Assembly (NCBI GenBank): GCA_965217865.1
Contig: CBDCJO010000002.1
Span: 4,608,001 to 4,672,000 of the forward strand
Origin: Candidatus Latescibacterota bacterium
Lineage (GTDB): Bacteria > Latescibacterota > UBA2968 > SICM01
DNA: 64,000 nucleotides
Direction: 5' to 3'
Positions 9,960-22,127 of this stretch are shown here, one piece after another. Positions within the stretch are counted from its first letter, which is position 1. Every line of letters starts with the position of its first letter. Made by a program: the position numbers and the translations under genes. The notes beneath the pieces are model-generated. The model had not been told where the DNA came from, ran no database searches, and worked only from the letters and a program-made list of their open reading frames with translations.

Positions 9960-10754
9960 ATGATCATGGCAGAATTCGACAACAAAGTGGTTATTGTCAC
10001 TGGGGGCGCCCAGGGCATCGGGAGGGGGATCTGTCTGGGGTTTGCTGAGGAAGGGGCCAGCGTGGTGTGCGCGGATGTGAACGAGGAAACCGGCCGGCAA
10101 ACCGCGGCAGCGAGCGGGAACCTGGAGGGCGAAATACGCTTCGAGAGGGCCGATGTCTCTGAAAGCGACCAGTGCCGGGCGTTGGTGGATTCGGTCTTAT
10201 CGCAGTGGGGTCGGGTAGACGTGCTGTGCAACAACGTTGGCATCCAGCGCCCGGAATCCTACAAGCCGGCGCACGAGCTGCCCGATGAAATGTGGGACCG
10301 CATCATAGACGTGAATCTCAAGAGTTGCTTCCTGATGAGCAAGTGCTGCATCCCGGTGATGCGGGAGCAGGGAGGCGGCGTCATTGTCAACACGGCCAGC
10401 GTGCAGGGCCTGCAATCAATGAAGGGCGTGTCGGCGTACGCGGCCAGCAAGGGCGGGATGCTTTCCCTGACCCGTCAACTTGCACTAGAGTACGCCGAAG
10501 ACAACATCCGGGTGCTGGCAGTCAATCCGGGTACGATCGATACGCCGCTGGTGGACGATGCTGTGAACTTTTCCGGTGGGAACAAGGAAGAACTGGTCAA
10601 GAAGTGGTCAGAGGCGCATCCCGTCGGCCACATTGGAAAACCGTCGGATATCGCCAACGCGTTCCTTTTTCTGGCCAGCGACCGGGCTTCGTTCATCACC
10701 GGTGAGTACCTGTGCGTAGACGGGGGTATGATGGCCCGGGGGTCCTGGGCATAG
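9960..10754 (+). CDS. SDR-family oxidoreductase
   Basis: TGGAQGIG, NNVG, YAASK. Confidence 0.93.
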   Translation: MIMAEFDNKVVIVTGGAQGIGRGICLGFAEEGASVVCADVNEETGRQTAAASGNLEGEIRFERADVSESDQCRALVDSVLSQWGRVDVLCNNVGIQRPESYKPAHELPDEMWDRIIDVNLKSCFLMSKCCIPVMREQGGGVIVNTASVQGLQSMKGVSAYAASKGGMLSLTRQLALEYAEDNIRVLAVNPGTIDTPLVDDAVNFSGGNKEELVKKWSEAHPVGHIGKPSDIANAFLFLASDRASFITGEYLCVDGGMMARGSWA

Positions 10755-10950
10755 GAGACACCGGCGTAGTAGCTTTCGTTTAGCCTGAACCCCTGGCCGC
10801 CAGAATTGGATTCTCGCCGGGTACCTCACCTGGCGGGAATTTCCTTGAGACCCTTCCGGAAAGCCGTGTAGGAGCATACGGCTTTGCTACTCTTCCCCAT
10901 TTTCAAATGATTGTGTCGCCAATTTCATTAACCTTTCCCGTTAATAACTC

Positions 10951-10979
10951 TTGACAATTTATCTAAATATAGGTATACT
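10951..10979 (+). promoter_or_regulatory. Near-consensus sigma70 promoter of higBA
   Basis: TTGACA-17-TATACT. Confidence 0.85.
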
Positions 10980-11006
10980 AATGTATACATTGTTGGGTAT
11001 GCTATT

Positions 11007-11348
11007 GTGGATATTGAATTCAATACAAGCAGACTTAGGAGAGATTGCAATGATATAAACCGTGCTCAAAGGCGATGGGGACGGGTCCGTAGTAGGTTGA
11101 TTATGCGTCGGCTTCAGGAACTTCGCGACGTTGATGTTTTAGAGTTCATGAGAAGACTCCCTCAAGCTGATTGCCATGAGTTATTGGGAGATCGGAAAGG
11201 ACAGTTGGCTGTGAACGTGCAGTTTCCCTTTCGCCTTATTTTCAAGATTGCTAATGAGCCTGTACCGGTGAGGGATGATGGTGGAATTGATTGGACGCGA
11301 GTAACTGCTATTAGAATTCTGGAGGTCGTTGATTATCATGGTAGATAG
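11007..11348 (+). CDS. higB: HigB/RelE-family toxin
   Basis: 113 aa; CHELLGDRKGQLAV...RLIF...EVVDYH. Confidence 0.88.
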   Translation: MDIEFNTSRLRRDCNDINRAQRRWGRVRSRLIMRRLQELRDVDVLEFMRRLPQADCHELLGDRKGQLAVNVQFPFRLIFKIANEPVPVRDDGGIDWTRVTAIRILEVVDYHGR

Positions 11349-12441
11349 CGCTCCTCGCAATCAGTACGAGCCAAATTATGTGCCTCCTCCGAGCGATACG
11401 CTTCTTGAGACCCTTGAGGCGATTGGGATGTCTCAAGCAGAACTGGCACAGCGGACCGGCAGGCCAAAGAAGACCATCAACGAAATTATCAAAGGGAAAA
11501 CGGAGATAACACCGCAAACAGCTTTACAGTTGGAGCATGTTTTAGGCATACCTGCTAGTTTTTGGAATAATCGGGAGCGCCGTTACCGAGAATTTTTATC
11601 GCGTTTAGAGGAACAAGAACGCCTAAAGAAACAGGTTAAGTGGTTAAAAGACATTCCTGTTAGAGACATGATTAAAGCCGGATGGATTAGAGCTGTTAGG
11701 GATAGGGTGCAGCAACTTCAAGAAGTATTAAACTTCTTTGGAATCTCCTCCTCCGAACATTGGAAAGCGGTGTGGCCAGAGGTCGCTTTTCGTAGATCTC
11801 CTGCCTTTCAAAGCTATCCTGGAGCGGTTTCTGCTTGGCTGCGCATGGGAGAAATAAAAGCTCAGAAGATTGAGTGTGTGCCCTATGATGAGAAGACTTT
11901 TCGAAAAATAATCCATCATCTTCGAAGTTTTACCGTCAGGCGAATCGATGATGTGCATCAAGAAATAGTGGATTTGTGTTCACAGGCAGGTGTGGCCGTA
12001 GTTTTTGTGCCTCAACTACCTAAGACGCGTGTCAGTGGAGCAACTCGGTGGCTTTCTCCCACTAAATCACTTATTCAGCTTAGCCTCCGTTACAGATTTA
12101 ACGACCATTTCTGGTTTACCTTCTTCCACGAGGCTGGCCACATTCTGCGACACAGCAAACGTGATATTTTTATCACTGAAGAAGATGGCCGCGAAAATGC
12201 CCAAGAGAAAGAATCAGATAGGTTTGCCAGCGGTTTTCTGATCCCACCAACGAAGTTTCGGGAGTTTATTCAGTTAGGCTTGTATAAGTCCAGTGATGAG
12301 ATTCAGAAATTTGCAGACGAGATCGGAATTGCTCCTGGCATCGTTGTTGGGAGGCTTCAGCATGACCTCAATTTACCCTGGAATACCCGTTGTAATGCCT
12401 TGAAGATAAAGTTCGTTTGGAAACAGAAAAATGACTCATAA
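11338..12441 (+). CDS. higA: HigA antitoxin (XRE HTH) fused to an ImmA/IrrE metallopeptidase domain
   Basis: GMSQAELAQR HTH, FWNN, FWFTFFHEAGH (HExxH); overlaps the toxin gene. Confidence 0.88.
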   Translation: MVDSAPRNQYEPNYVPPPSDTLLETLEAIGMSQAELAQRTGRPKKTINEIIKGKTEITPQTALQLEHVLGIPASFWNNRERRYREFLSRLEEQERLKKQVKWLKDIPVRDMIKAGWIRAVRDRVQQLQEVLNFFGISSSEHWKAVWPEVAFRRSPAFQSYPGAVSAWLRMGEIKAQKIECVPYDEKTFRKIIHHLRSFTVRRIDDVHQEIVDLCSQAGVAVVFVPQLPKTRVSGATRWLSPTKSLIQLSLRYRFNDHFWFTFFHEAGHILRHSKRDIFITEEDGRENAQEKESDRFASGFLIPPTKFREFIQLGLYKSSDEIQKFADEIGIAPGIVVGRLQHDLNLPWNTRCNALKIKFVWKQKNDS

Positions 12442-12566
12442 AATCGTGTGCTTAAAAGACGAGGTTGGGAGAATGATTTTGCAATCAAAGCTTTCTATTG
12501 TTCGAAGCATGAATTCGAATTCGAAGAATAGGTAATCACAACTACACCGAGATTTCGCTTGACGTG

Positions 12567-12648
12567 CTCTGTGTGTCATCCGTAGTTTTTCTGTAGAGTT
12601 TTTGAAAATCCGGGATACGCTAGAACACACCCGAAATGGGGCCATTCT
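12567..12648. repeat. 82-bp direct repeat, copy 1
   Basis: 78/82 identical to 12891-12972. Confidence 0.95.
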
Positions 12649-12774
12649 CTCTTTGGAGTGATGTCCTTCAGGTAGCGAGGGCCAAAAAAGGGGACCAGAA
12701 CGGGGGGCATTGCACGGTAGAGGTTAAAGATGGGGCCCCCTTTTCCCATCCGATTCCTCTTTGGTTGATTCCCC

Positions 12775-12803
12775 TTGACACCCGGATATACTCGTCGTAT
12801 ATT
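12775..12803 (+). promoter_or_regulatory. sigma70 promoter between the direct repeats
   Basis: TTGACA-17-TATATT. Confidence 0.75.
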
Positions 12804-12830
12804 TGGTATAGTCCCCTTATGGGATATAAT

Positions 12831-12865
12831 AAGCCACGTCGGGAAAGGCGTGGCTTTGTGTGTTT
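12831..12865 (+). terminator. Terminator-like hairpin
   Basis: AAGCCACGTC-GGGAAA-GGCGTGGCTT followed by TGTGTGTTT. Confidence 0.55.
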
Positions 12866-12890
12866 ATGGAGGCTCTGAATTATCTTGAAT

Positions 12891-12972
12891 CTCTGTGTGT
12901 CATCCGTAGTTTTTCTGTAGAGCTGTTGAAAATCCGGGATACGCTAGAACACACTCGAAATGGGTCCATTCT
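12891..12972. repeat. 82-bp direct repeat, copy 2
   Basis: 78/82 identical to 12567-12648; lies 38 bp upstream of the ATG at 13011. Confidence 0.95.
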
Positions 12973-13010
12973 ATCAGGAAAATCTCAATCCCTTAGAAGG
13001 AGATTGCGGC

Positions 13011-13445
13011 ATGAAGAATAAAGCTCACTATCTTGCGTTGGCTGCCATCTTGCTGACAGGATTTGTGTGGATGGCATGCAGCCAGGAAACCAGTTTGAAT
13101 GCGCCTGGGGATCAGACGGTTCGGTTTGCGGCAAGCAAGCCTGCTCCGAAAGTCGATGTCTGCCACCTGACCGACAACGGTACGTACAAGAAGATCAAGA
13201 TTAGTGGTAACGCGCTGCAGGCGCATCTGAATCACGGTGATGGTGCCCCCGGTGAAGCGGTGCCTGGTGACCCATCAATGGTATTCGCAGCCGACTGCAG
13301 TCCTGTACCAGACACCGACGGCGACGGAGTTCCCGACGACGACGATAACTGCCCGTTGGTGCCTAACGCGGATCAGGCGGATTCGAACAACGACGGAGTG
13401 GGTGATGCGTGTAGTAGTAGTAGTGGTAATGTTGGAAACTTTTAA
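13011..13445 (+). CDS. Small lipoprotein with a VCH...AHLxHGD domain and a thrombospondin type-3 Ca-binding repeat
   Basis: AGGAG RBS; lipobox-like WMAC; KVDVCH, AHLNHGD; [34 protein letters not shown]. Confidence 0.85.
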   Translation: MKNKAHYLALAAILLTGFVWMACSQETSLNAPGDQTVRFAASKPAPKVDVCHLTDNGTYKKIKISGNALQAHLNHGDGAPGEAVPGDPSMVFAADCSPVPDTDGDGVPDDDDNCPLVPNADQADSNNDGVGDACSSSSGNVGNF

Positions 13446-13674
13446 TCTTTTCATAGTTATGGAAAATCGAAACGTGGAGCACGATTCCCGCTGGATAACT
13501 CATTCGGCGGGAATTTTCTTTGGACCCTTCCGGACCCGTGCTTGATCTCCAAATTGAAGAAAAAAAGGGGTTATCACCGAAGCCCGCGTCAGTATTGGAC
13601 CTGGTTATAACCCCTCTCAAACTTGAGAAGGCAATGGACTTTGTTTTGATGGTGGGGTGATCGGGAAGGGACTT

Positions 13675-14397
13675 TTATCTCTTCAGGAGCCGAACCATCT
13701 CCCGAACGGCTTGTTCCACGCCGACCATCACAGATCTTGCGATGATGGAGTGGCCGATGCTGGCCTCGCGTACTTCGGCTATGGCAACGACATCGTGCAC
13801 GTTCTGGTAGGTGATCCCGTGTCCTAAGCGGGGAAGGAGTCCAAGCCGGTCAGCCTGCATAACCCCCTTACGGATTCGTTCCAACTGGGTGGTTCGAACC
13901 TCCCCCCTGGCATTGGCGTATTCCCCGGTGTGAAGTTCGACCGCCCCGGCACCGATTTTCTTCGCAGCCTTTATCTGATTTTCGTCCGGATCGATAAACA
14001 GGCTCACAGGGATTCCGTCCCTGTTCAGGGTCCGAATCACCCCAGCGATCACCCCCGCATTCCCTTCGGCATCCAGCCCTCCTTCGGTGGTAATCTCCTG
14101 CCTTTTTTCAGGTACCAGGGTCACCTGGTCGGGATGCTCTTTCATGGCGATGGCGACCATTTCTTCTGTGGAAGCCATCTCCAGGTTGAGCTCCAATTTC
14201 ACGGTTTTTTTAAGTAGATGGAGATCCCGATCGTTGATGTGACGTCTATCTTCTCTCAAATGTACTGTGATTCCGTCTGCACCCCCGAGTTCGGCGAGGA
14301 AGGCCGCCGCAACGGGATCCGGTTCGTCGGTTTTTCTGGCCTCTCTCAGGGTGGCTACGTGATCGACGTTGACGCTGAGTCGCACCCTCTCCGTCAT
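13675..14397 (-). CDS. pdxJ: Pyridoxine 5'-phosphate synthase
   Basis: [28 protein letters not shown]. Confidence 0.97.
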   Translation of the reverse strand: MTERVRLSVNVDHVATLREARKTDEPDPVAAAFLAELGGADGITVHLREDRRHINDRDLHLLKKTVKLELNLEMASTEEMVAIAMKEHPDQVTLVPEKRQEITTEGGLDAEGNAGVIAGVIRTLNRDGIPVSLFIDPDENQIKAAKKIGAGAVELHTGEYANARGEVRTTQLERIRKGVMQADRLGLLPRLGHGITYQNVHDVVAIAEVREASIGHSIIARSVMVGVEQAVREMVRLLKR

Positions 14398-15362
14398 CTT
14401 AGTCTCTCGATGGCGTGACGGGTCGCAAGCTCCAGGGAGCTTCTCGCGTCGGAAGTCGAGAGCACTGAGAGATGTTGGGAAGCATCCCGGGCATAGTGAT
14501 GAGCCCGCTCGCGCGCGTATTCGATCCCATCATAACGACGGACAAAGTCCACCACCTCGCCCCAGTCCTCCCCGTTTTCAACGCCCGATTCGATCCTGTC
14601 CCGAATCTGTTCTCCCTCCCCGTTGGAACAATTCTCCAAAGCTCTGATCAGGGGCAACGTAAATGTTTTCTCCTTCACGTCGTTCCCGACGGGTTTGCCG
14701 CGGATTGCTGAATCGCCCGTGAAATCCAGGACGTCGTCAGTGATCTGAAATGCGACGCCGAGAAGTTCACCGAAATTGGCCATACCCAGAACCTGTTCCT
14801 CCGAACCCCCTGAAAGGATCGCTCCGACTTCGCAGGAGAGGCAGACCAGGGCAGAGGTTTTCTTACCCACGAGATCCAGATAAACGCCCTCTGAGATCGC
14901 CGAATCTCCGTTTTCGATCTCCAGCAATTCACCTTCAACGATACGTTGGGTCGCGCGGGCGGACGCCTCCATGACCTCCTGTGATCCGAGGGCAACAAGG
15001 ATCTGAAGCGCTTTGGCAAACAAAAAATCTCCCATAAGGACCGATACCTGATTTCCCCAAATGGCGTTGAGGGAAGGGACCCCGCGCCTGGTATCTGCCG
15101 AATCAATGACATCGTCGTGAATAAGGGTCGCCGTATGGAGGAGTTCGATCCCGACTGCGGCGTCGATGACGGGATCCAGATCATTTCCAAGCGCTCTGGC
15201 GGTCAGGAGGGAGAGTGCGGATCTGAATCCGTTTCCCTTTGCTGAGACAAGGTGACCGGACATCCTTTGGACGAGTTTCACTTCGGAATGGAGCGCCGAC
15301 TCCATGCGTTTCTCCAGGAGCCCCATTCCAGGGAGGATAGGCCGGATTATTTGATCCATCAT
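14394..15362 (-). CDS. Polyprenyl diphosphate synthase (IspB/HepT-like)
   Basis: [11 protein letters not shown] and FQITDDVLD motifs. Confidence 0.93.
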   Translation of the reverse strand: MMDQIIRPILPGMGLLEKRMESALHSEVKLVQRMSGHLVSAKGNGFRSALSLLTARALGNDLDPVIDAAVGIELLHTATLIHDDVIDSADTRRGVPSLNAIWGNQVSVLMGDFLFAKALQILVALGSQEVMEASARATQRIVEGELLEIENGDSAISEGVYLDLVGKKTSALVCLSCEVGAILSGGSEEQVLGMANFGELLGVAFQITDDVLDFTGDSAIRGKPVGNDVKEKTFTLPLIRALENCSNGEGEQIRDRIESGVENGEDWGEVVDFVRRYDGIEYARERAHHYARDASQHLSVLSTSDARSSLELATRHAIERLR

Positions 15363-15511
15363 CGCGGGATTTCCCCGATGTACATTAAGTGGGGGGATAA
15401 GCAGGCCGTTTTTTTAAGGACGGATGGTTGAGAGAAGGCAAATCCAGATTGTCACGAGAAATTACCCAAAAAGAAGAATGATGTCAAACAAAATCATAGT
15501 CAAAAGCCCTC

Positions 15512-16387
15512 TCAGCGCCTCCTTGCCAGAACGACTCTTCCGAGTCCCGTCAGGTCGTCTACGTGGGATATGCCCTCGTAGATCAAAGTGTTTCGAATAA
15601 TCTGTTTCACGGGATCGACCCCTGTGTTTCCCACCTCCAGCAGAAGCCATCCGGATGAACGGAGATATTGACCCGCGCAACCTATGAGCCTTCGATAATG
15701 ATCCAGTCCGTCTTCGCCTCCGTGTAGAGCGATTCGAGGTTCGTAAACCCGGACCTCCGGCTGAAGGTCCCTGAATTGGCTATCCGGGATATAGGGTAGA
15801 TTGGATACGATCGCATCAAATAACCCCGGTAGGCGGAAGGGATCAAGCTGATTCCCGACGAGGATGCGGACGCGATCCTCAACGCCGTTTCGACGCGCAT
15901 TGGTTCGTGCGATCCGCACGGCATCCGGGGATATGTCAGTGGCGATGACAACCGCCTCTTGAATTTCGATGGCAAGGCTGACAGCGATGCATCCTGAACC
16001 CGTTCCCACATCGATAATCCTGGGATTTTTCGTTCCAGCGAGGCGGGAAAGTGTTTCCTCCACGAGGATTTCGGTCTCGGGCCTGGGAATGAGCACGGAT
16101 CGGTTAACAAAAAACGGGAGAGACCAGAATTCCGTCTCTCCCGTAAGGTACTGGAGTGGGATGTGCCTGCAACGATCGTCCAGGATCTCCCGGATCCTGG
16201 TCTGCTGGTCTTTTGTGGTCGTGCGGTCCGGTTCGACGTAGAGTTCGACCCGGCTGATCTTAAAGACGAATTCGAGGAGGCGTTCCGCGACGAGGGAAGG
16301 ACTCTCCACACCGGCCTTTTCCAGACGATCGGTGGCAAACTTTAATGCGGCGCGGATGGTATGAAACCTATTCACCGTCCCCGCCAT
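15512..16387 (-). CDS. prmC: Release factor glutamine methyltransferase
   Basis: [25 protein letters not shown]; follows prfA; start uncertain. Confidence 0.95.
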   Translation of the reverse strand: MAGTVNRFHTIRAALKFATDRLEKAGVESPSLVAERLLEFVFKISRVELYVEPDRTTTKDQQTRIREILDDRCRHIPLQYLTGETEFWSLPFFVNRSVLIPRPETEILVEETLSRLAGTKNPRIIDVGTGSGCIAVSLAIEIQEAVVIATDISPDAVRIARTNARRNGVEDRVRILVGNQLDPFRLPGLFDAIVSNLPYIPDSQFRDLQPEVRVYEPRIALHGGEDGLDHYRRLIGCAGQYLRSSGWLLLEVGNTGVDPVKQIIRNTLIYEGISHVDDLTGLGRVVLARRR

Positions 16388-17435
16388 CGGCGTCTCCCCC
16401 CGACACCCGGAGGGCCTCCATAAATTCGTCCAGGTCGCCGTTGAGGACATTCTCAAGCTTGTGGAGCGTGAGCTTGATCCGATGATCGGTCACCCGCCCT
16501 TGCGGGAAGTTATAGGTTCGGATCTTGACGCTCCGGTCGCCTGAACCAACCTGAGCACGACGATCTTCCGATAACTGATCATGTTGTTGCCGTTGAAGCC
16601 TATCCAGAAGACGAGCTCGGAGGACCTTCATGGCCTTCGATTTATTCTTGTGTTGCGACTTCTCGTCCTGGCATTGTACGACCAAACCTGAGGGGATGTG
16701 AGTAATTCGTACCGCCGAATCGGTGGTGTTGACACTCTGGCCTCCAGGGCCTCCGGAACGGAATACATCGATGCGTAAATCTTCCGGGTCAATATTTACT
16801 TCAACCTGGTCAGCTTCCGGGAGAACCACGACCGATGCCGCAGACGTATGGATTCGGCCGCTGGATTCGGTGGCTGGCACCCTCTGAACACGGTGGACCC
16901 CGCTTTCATACTTGAGGGTCCCGAATGTTTTATCCCCGGAAACGGAGAAAATCACCTCTTTGAACCCCCCCCGCTCAGTGGGGCTTAGGCTCAAATTTTC
17001 CTGCTTCCAACCGCGGGACTCTATAAACCGGGAGTACATACGGTGGAGATCGGCTGCAAAAAGGGCGGCTTCTTCACCACCGGTGCCCGCCCGAATTTCG
17101 ATGATGGCGTTTTTCTTGTCAGAGGGGTCTTCCGGGACAAGGAAGCCTTTCAGTTTTTTCTCGAGGGAAAGCTGGGCGGCCTCGAGTTCCTGTGTTTCCG
17201 CCTTGGCCAGATCGACCAACTCTTGATCCGATGAAGTTTTAAGGATTTCTTCGGCCTCCCTGAGGCCTTGAAGGTTCAATTGATATTCCCGATATGCGGA
17301 AACTCCCGGGTCGATGCTATTCCTTTCCCTGATCAACTTCTGATACCTTGTCTGATCTGCGATCACGGCCGGGTCAATCAAAAGACCATCGATCTCGTTG
17401 TGGCGGTTCGAGATCTTTTCAAATTTCTCAAACAC
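16368..17435 (-). CDS. prfA: Peptide chain release factor 1
   Basis: GGQ motif, PAT tripeptide, RTYNF; GTG start at 17435. Confidence 0.97.
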   Translation of the reverse strand: MFEKFEKISNRHNEIDGLLIDPAVIADQTRYQKLIRERNSIDPGVSAYREYQLNLQGLREAEEILKTSSDQELVDLAKAETQELEAAQLSLEKKLKGFLVPEDPSDKKNAIIEIRAGTGGEEAALFAADLHRMYSRFIESRGWKQENLSLSPTERGGFKEVIFSVSGDKTFGTLKYESGVHRVQRVPATESSGRIHTSAASVVVLPEADQVEVNIDPEDLRIDVFRSGGPGGQSVNTTDSAVRITHIPSGLVVQCQDEKSQHKNKSKAMKVLRARLLDRLQRQQHDQLSEDRRAQVGSGDRSVKIRTYNFPQGRVTDHRIKLTLHKLENVLNGDLDEFMEALRVSGGDADGGDGE

Positions 17436-17515
17436 GAAGACTTTCCAAATAAAAAAGGTGGTGGACCTGCTGCCGGGAAGGACAGCACAGACCACCACCA
17501 TCAGAGTTGCTGGGT

Positions 17516-17746
17516 TTACCCCTGAGGAACTTCCGCTTCATCGTCTTCGGGAATGCCGTATTTCTTTCGAAACCGCTCAACGCGCCCCGCCGTATCGACC
17601 AGCTTCTGCTTTCCGGTATAGAAGGGGTGACACCGGGAGCAGATCTCTACGTGAAGGTCGGGAACCGTGGAGCGGGTCTCGATGACATTCCCGCAAACAC
17701 ACCGCATCGTGGTCAATTCGTAATTCGGATGAATATCACTTTTCAT
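17516..17746 (-). CDS. rpmE: 50S ribosomal protein L31
   Basis: MKSDIHP, Cx[18 protein letters not shown]. Confidence 0.97.
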   Translation of the reverse strand: MKSDIHPNYELTTMRCVCGNVIETRSTVPDLHVEICSRCHPFYTGKQKLVDTAGRVERFRKKYGIPEDDEAEVPQG

Positions 17747-17847
17747 GGCTATCTCGAGTCGAAGTGCGGATTAAAACGGAAGATCAGAATTTTCATTCAT
17801 AGAAAATATAACAACAAAGGACGATAAATCAAAGAGTTTCTATGTCC

Positions 17848-19113
17848 TTATCGATCGACGGGTTCGCTCATGGAGGTGAGGAACTCCTCGTTGGTTTTTG
17901 TCTGGGCTATCCGTTGCAGCACAAATTCCATGGCCTCGGTCGGGGGCATCTGGTTGAGGAGCCTCCGGAGGATCCAGACCCTGTTCAGTTCGTTCTTGAT
18001 GGTCAAAAGCAATTCTTCTTTTCGAGTGCTGGACTGTGTGACGTCGAAGGCCGGAAAAACGCGACGGTTGCTGAGGCGGCGATCGAGCTTGAGCTGCATG
18101 TTGGCCGTTCCGTTGAACTCTTCGAATATGACTTCGTCCATCCTGCTCCCCGTCTCGATCAGCGTTGTGGCGATAATCGTCAAGCTCCCACCCTCTTCGA
18201 TGTTTCTGGCTGCGCCCAGGAATTTACGCGGCCCTAAAAGGGCCGTTGCATCGACGCCGCCCGTGAGGATCCGTCCGCTGTGAGGCGTAACGGTGTTGTG
18301 GGCGCGTGCCAGGCGGGTCAGGCTATCCAGAAGAATCACGACATCGTGTTGATGTTCCACGAGGCGCCTGGCCTTTTCGATAACCATGTCCGCGACCTGA
18401 ACGTGGCGAGTGGCCGGCTCGTCGAATGTGGAGGAGATGACGTCCCCTTTGACTGAGCGCTGCATGTCAGTGACCTCCTCGGGACGTTCGTCGATAAGGA
18501 GGACGATCAGATTGATCTCCGGATGATTTTCCGTGATGCTATGGGAGATCTTCTGAAGGAGCATGGTTTTTCCGGTGAAGGGGGGGGCCACGATCAGACC
18601 TCTCTGACCTTTGCCGATCGGTGAGATCAGGTCCATGATCCGGGTGGAATAATCTTTCGGATCGGACTCGAGTTTTATGCGATCGTCCGGATGGAGGGGG
18701 GTGAGGTTATCGTAAAGGATTTTGTGTTTTGCGACCTCAGGATCTTCAAAGTTGACCGCCTCAACGCGGATAAGGGCAAAATATTTCTCGTCGTTCTTGG
18801 GGGGACGAATCTGGCCGGATACCGTATCCCCCGTTCTCAGGTTGAAGCGCTTCATCTGCGACGGCGAAACGTAGATGTCGTCAGGACCCGGAAGGTAGTT
18901 GTAGTTGGGGGATCTCAGAAAACCGAATCCGTCCTCCAGAATTTCGAGCACACCCTCACCGAATATCAGCCCGCTCTTTTCGGTTTGGGCCTGGAGTACC
19001 GAGAAGATCAACTCTTGTTTACGCAGGCTGCTGTAACGGATATTCAGGCGGGTTGCCAGTTCGGACAATTCCGACATGGTCATGTTTTGCATTTCAGCGA
19101 TGTTCAAATCCAT
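17848..19113 (-). CDS. rho: Transcription termination factor Rho
   Basis: [31 protein letters not shown]. Confidence 0.97.
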   Translation of the reverse strand: MDLNIAEMQNMTMSELSELATRLNIRYSSLRKQELIFSVLQAQTEKSGLIFGEGVLEILEDGFGFLRSPNYNYLPGPDDIYVSPSQMKRFNLRTGDTVSGQIRPPKNDEKYFALIRVEAVNFEDPEVAKHKILYDNLTPLHPDDRIKLESDPKDYSTRIMDLISPIGKGQRGLIVAPPFTGKTMLLQKISHSITENHPEINLIVLLIDERPEEVTDMQRSVKGDVISSTFDEPATRHVQVADMVIEKARRLVEHQHDVVILLDSLTRLARAHNTVTPHSGRILTGGVDATALLGPRKFLGAARNIEEGGSLTIIATTLIETGSRMDEVIFEEFNGTANMQLKLDRRLSNRRVFPAFDVTQSSTRKEELLLTIKNELNRVWILRRLLNQMPPTEAMEFVLQRIAQTKTNEEFLTSMSEPVDR

Positions 19114-19314
19114 ATGGGTCGATTGCCTTTTGACGATGATTGGGGTTATGGATGGATGTTTGGATCGCATACTTGAGGATATATAAAATCAACGCGAAGG
19201 TTTTCCGTGTAGCGTGTAGCGTCTCGAATTGTGGGAATGTGCTCGAAAGATGAGGTAGATAAGGGAAGTAGATCTAAGAGAAGATTTAGGAAGAATCTAT
19301 GGTTGGTAACGTTT

Positions 19315-19343
19315 ACTATAGAGAATATGAAGGGATTTGTCAA
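19315..19343 (-). promoter_or_regulatory. sigma70 promoter of rho
   Basis: TTGACA-17-TATAGT, about 200 nt before the start. Confidence 0.75.
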
Positions 19344-19445
19344 GGGTTATTTATTGACCGCCGCATCAACAAGAAATCATCGGACCCTGTGATCCCGCAG
19401 GATTCGCGATCTCCTCGTCCCCTCCGGCGCTTTTAAACCTTCATC

Positions 19446-22127
19446 TCAGGAGGATCCGACAGCCCAAATTAAATCCCCTTCAATGCGTTTGAGCCGTTCC
19501 GGATCTTCGATCTTTTTCCCTGAACGGTCCGTCACATAAAAGGCATCTTCTGCCCGATCACCCTGTGTCCCGATCTTCGCCGTATAGATATCGAGCTCAA
19601 GATCGGACAGGGTCCTGGTGATCTTATACATGAGCCCGACAGCATCGGGGGTGAAAAGATCGATGACCGTGTATTTTTCTGATATGTTGTTTTCAAAGAC
19701 CACTCGTGTGGGTGCGGGAAGCGTGTTTTCTCGTTGCCTGGACCATCGGAGCGGTTTCTTTTTGAGCAGAGAGGCCACATCCTCCCGACCTTGAGAGACC
19801 GCGGTGAGCCGTTCCTCGATGCTCTTCTGTTGGTTTTTCGTGATCTTTGCTTTTCCATTCACATCGGTCACCTGAAATATGTCGAGCACAACGCCATCGG
19901 AACGGGTGTAGGCCAGGGCGTTGAAGATGTTGACGTCGTTGAGAGAAAGGATTCCGCATATTTCCGATAGTCGGTAGGGCTTGTCCATCGTGCAGACCGT
20001 GATCTCGGTGAAGACTTCCCCAACGCGAAAATCGATGGCTGCTGGCAGATCTTTCAGAAACCGTATCAGGTTGAGGTGGACTTCGACTCCCCGGGGATCT
20101 ACCGCAGGGATATAACGGTCAGGGAGCCCATCCAGATGATCGGTGACGGTTTTTCTTCCGAACTTCGGTGTGAGGGCTTCCACGATCTTCTGGGCCGCCC
20201 CCTCGTCCCTGGGTACGTGCGTCAGGACCTCGAGCGTCTTGTAGTACAGTTCCCAGAGGAGGTAGCCCTTCCAGGTGGTCCAGGCCGTCCTTGTGACGGC
20301 AGACAGGTCGGCATAGGTGAGCAGATAAAGCATCCGGAGTCGTTCCACGTCCTCAACCTGTCCGGCGAAGTCCGCGATGAGGGTCGGGTCGTTGAGATCC
20401 CTTCGCTGGGCGATATTTGACATCGAAAGATGGTTCTCGACAAGGAACAGGACCATCTGGGCATCGCGTTCGGGGGTCCCGATCCGGTCCAGAAATTCCT
20501 TTGCCATAGCGACTCCGACCTTGGTATGATCGTCCGATCGGGCCGATTTTCCCACGTCGTGCAAAAGGATTCCCAGTATGAGGAGATCCCACCGAAGAAT
20601 TTCTTCGGCCACTCCCCTGAGCAGGGAATCGGCCTCATTCTTTCCTTCAAGCAAGCGCTCAAGGTTTTCGATCGCGAGCAGGGTGTGCTCGTCGGCGGTA
20701 TAGATATGGTAAAGGTTGTACTGAACCAGGCCCGTCAGGGTTCCGAACTCGGGTATATAAGCGCCCAGGACACCCATATCGTGCATCAATCGAAGCGTTT
20801 TTCCGGCCCCGTGTCCTTCCGAGAGGATCCCGAAAAAAAGGTTTCGGGCTTTTTCAGAACAGAGAAGGTTTTCATCGATCAAGGAAAGATGAGCTCGGAT
20901 CTCCTTTTGCAGTTCATCGCTGATGCTCGCGTCAAAGCACTGACCGTTGTGGAAAACGCTCAGGAACCGCGTGGGGTCTTCATTGAAAAAATTGCCAGGA
21001 TTCCGGTTTGGTAGCTGGATCCGGTTCCCGACCAGAAAAGATTTATCGTCCAGTTTTCTCCGACTCAGATAGGAAACCGCCCGACGAACTTTGGTACTCT
21101 GACCGTCGAGACGGGTGCAGATCTGGCTCGAAAGCCGATTGATATTTCGGGCGTGGAGATAGTATTCCCTCATGAACCGCTCCACTCCCAGTTCACCATT
21201 TTTGTCTTTATATCCCAGTCGCTTCGCAACCATGGGTTGGATGTCGTGTTCAAGCACATCAACTCGCTTTTTTGCAGAAAAATGAAGTTCGTTTCTGATG
21301 CGCCACAGAAAGTCCTGGGCCTCCTCATAACTCTGATAGTCCTGGCTCGACACGAGGCCCGCCTCGATGAGCCCCTCCAGGGAGGGCCTCCCCCGGCTTG
21401 CGCGAAGGATCCAGGTCACGGTGTGGATATCCCGCAAACCTCCGGGGCTCTCCTTAATGTTGGGCTCGAGGAGATTAACGGTCATGCCGGCCTGGAGATG
21501 ACGTTTCCGGCGTTCCTCGATCTTGTCGTGGACGAAGGTTGAGGCTTTTGGGCCCAACAGGACCCCTTCCATGGTTTTCTCAAACCTGCTGAAGAGACGA
21601 TAATCGCCCGCGAGGTAACGGCCTTCGAGCATGGCCGTACGAGAGTCCGAATCGCGCCTGGCTTCCTCGATGCATTCTCCTATGGTTCTGGTGCTATGCC
21701 CGACATCGAAGTCGAGGTCCCACAGGAGGTGCAGGATATAACGCGTGATCGGATCCCCCTTCTGGTTCCGGCTATAAAGAAACAGGAGGTCCACATCGGA
21801 CCTTGGATTGAGGACACCCCGACCGTAGCCCCCCTGGGCGATGACCGCGTACCGTTCCACTCGACCTTCATGATCATCCAGCAGGGCCTGGCGATAAGCC
21901 TCCCCGATGATTGTATCGACAGCGGTGGTCCACTCTGCCACGACGTATCCTCCCAATGCCCCCCCTCGATGCATCTCGACGATGCGCGATCTTTCCGACT
22001 CCAGGAAGGATTTGAAGGCCCTGGACCGAAGCGCTTCCAATGCCTCAAGGTCGGCCGCGCCATTAGATTCGCATTCCCTTCGGATGGCATTGAGATTCTG
22101 TCTCAAGTGCATCCCCAAATTGCTCAC
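19446..22127 (-). CDS. glnD: [Protein-PII] uridylyltransferase
   Basis: [21 protein letters not shown] motif LLHDVGK, two ACT domains. Confidence 0.96.
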   Translation of the reverse strand: MSNLGMHLRQNLNAIRRECESNGAADLEALEALRSRAFKSFLESERSRIVEMHRGGALGGYVVAEWTTAVDTIIGEAYRQALLDDHEGRVERYAVIAQGGYGRGVLNPRSDVDLLFLYSRNQKGDPITRYILHLLWDLDFDVGHSTRTIGECIEEARRDSDSRTAMLEGRYLAGDYRLFSRFEKTMEGVLLGPKASTFVHDKIEERRKRHLQAGMTVNLLEPNIKESPGGLRDIHTVTWILRASRGRPSLEGLIEAGLVSSQDYQSYEEAQDFLWRIRNELHFSAKKRVDVLEHDIQPMVAKRLGYKDKNGELGVERFMREYYLHARNINRLSSQICTRLDGQSTKVRRAVSYLSRRKLDDKSFLVGNRIQLPNRNPGNFFNEDPTRFLSVFHNGQCFDASISDELQKEIRAHLSLIDENLLCSEKARNLFFGILSEGHGAGKTLRLMHDMGVLGAYIPEFGTLTGLVQYNLYHIYTADEHTLLAIENLERLLEGKNEADSLLRGVAEEILRWDLLILGILLHDVGKSARSDDHTKVGVAMAKEFLDRIGTPERDAQMVLFLVENHLSMSNIAQRRDLNDPTLIADFAGQVEDVERLRMLYLLTYADLSAVTRTAWTTWKGYLLWELYYKTLEVLTHVPRDEGAAQKIVEALTPKFGRKTVTDHLDGLPDRYIPAVDPRGVEVHLNLIRFLKDLPAAIDFRVGEVFTEITVCTMDKPYRLSEICGILSLNDVNIFNALAYTRSDGVVLDIFQVTDVNGKAKITKNQQKSIEERLTAVSQGREDVASLLKKKPLRWSRQRENTLPAPTRVVFENNISEKYTVIDLFTPDAVGLMYKITRTLSDLELDIYTAKIGTQGDRAEDAFYVTDRSGKKIEDPERLKRIEGDLIWAVGSS

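Noticed and set aside
12567-12972. 82-bp repeats as CRISPR, attL/attR or DGR TR/VR
   Set aside because: Only two copies; no integrase or RT; no adenine-specific mismatch pattern on the + strand and neither copy lies at the end of a target ORF.
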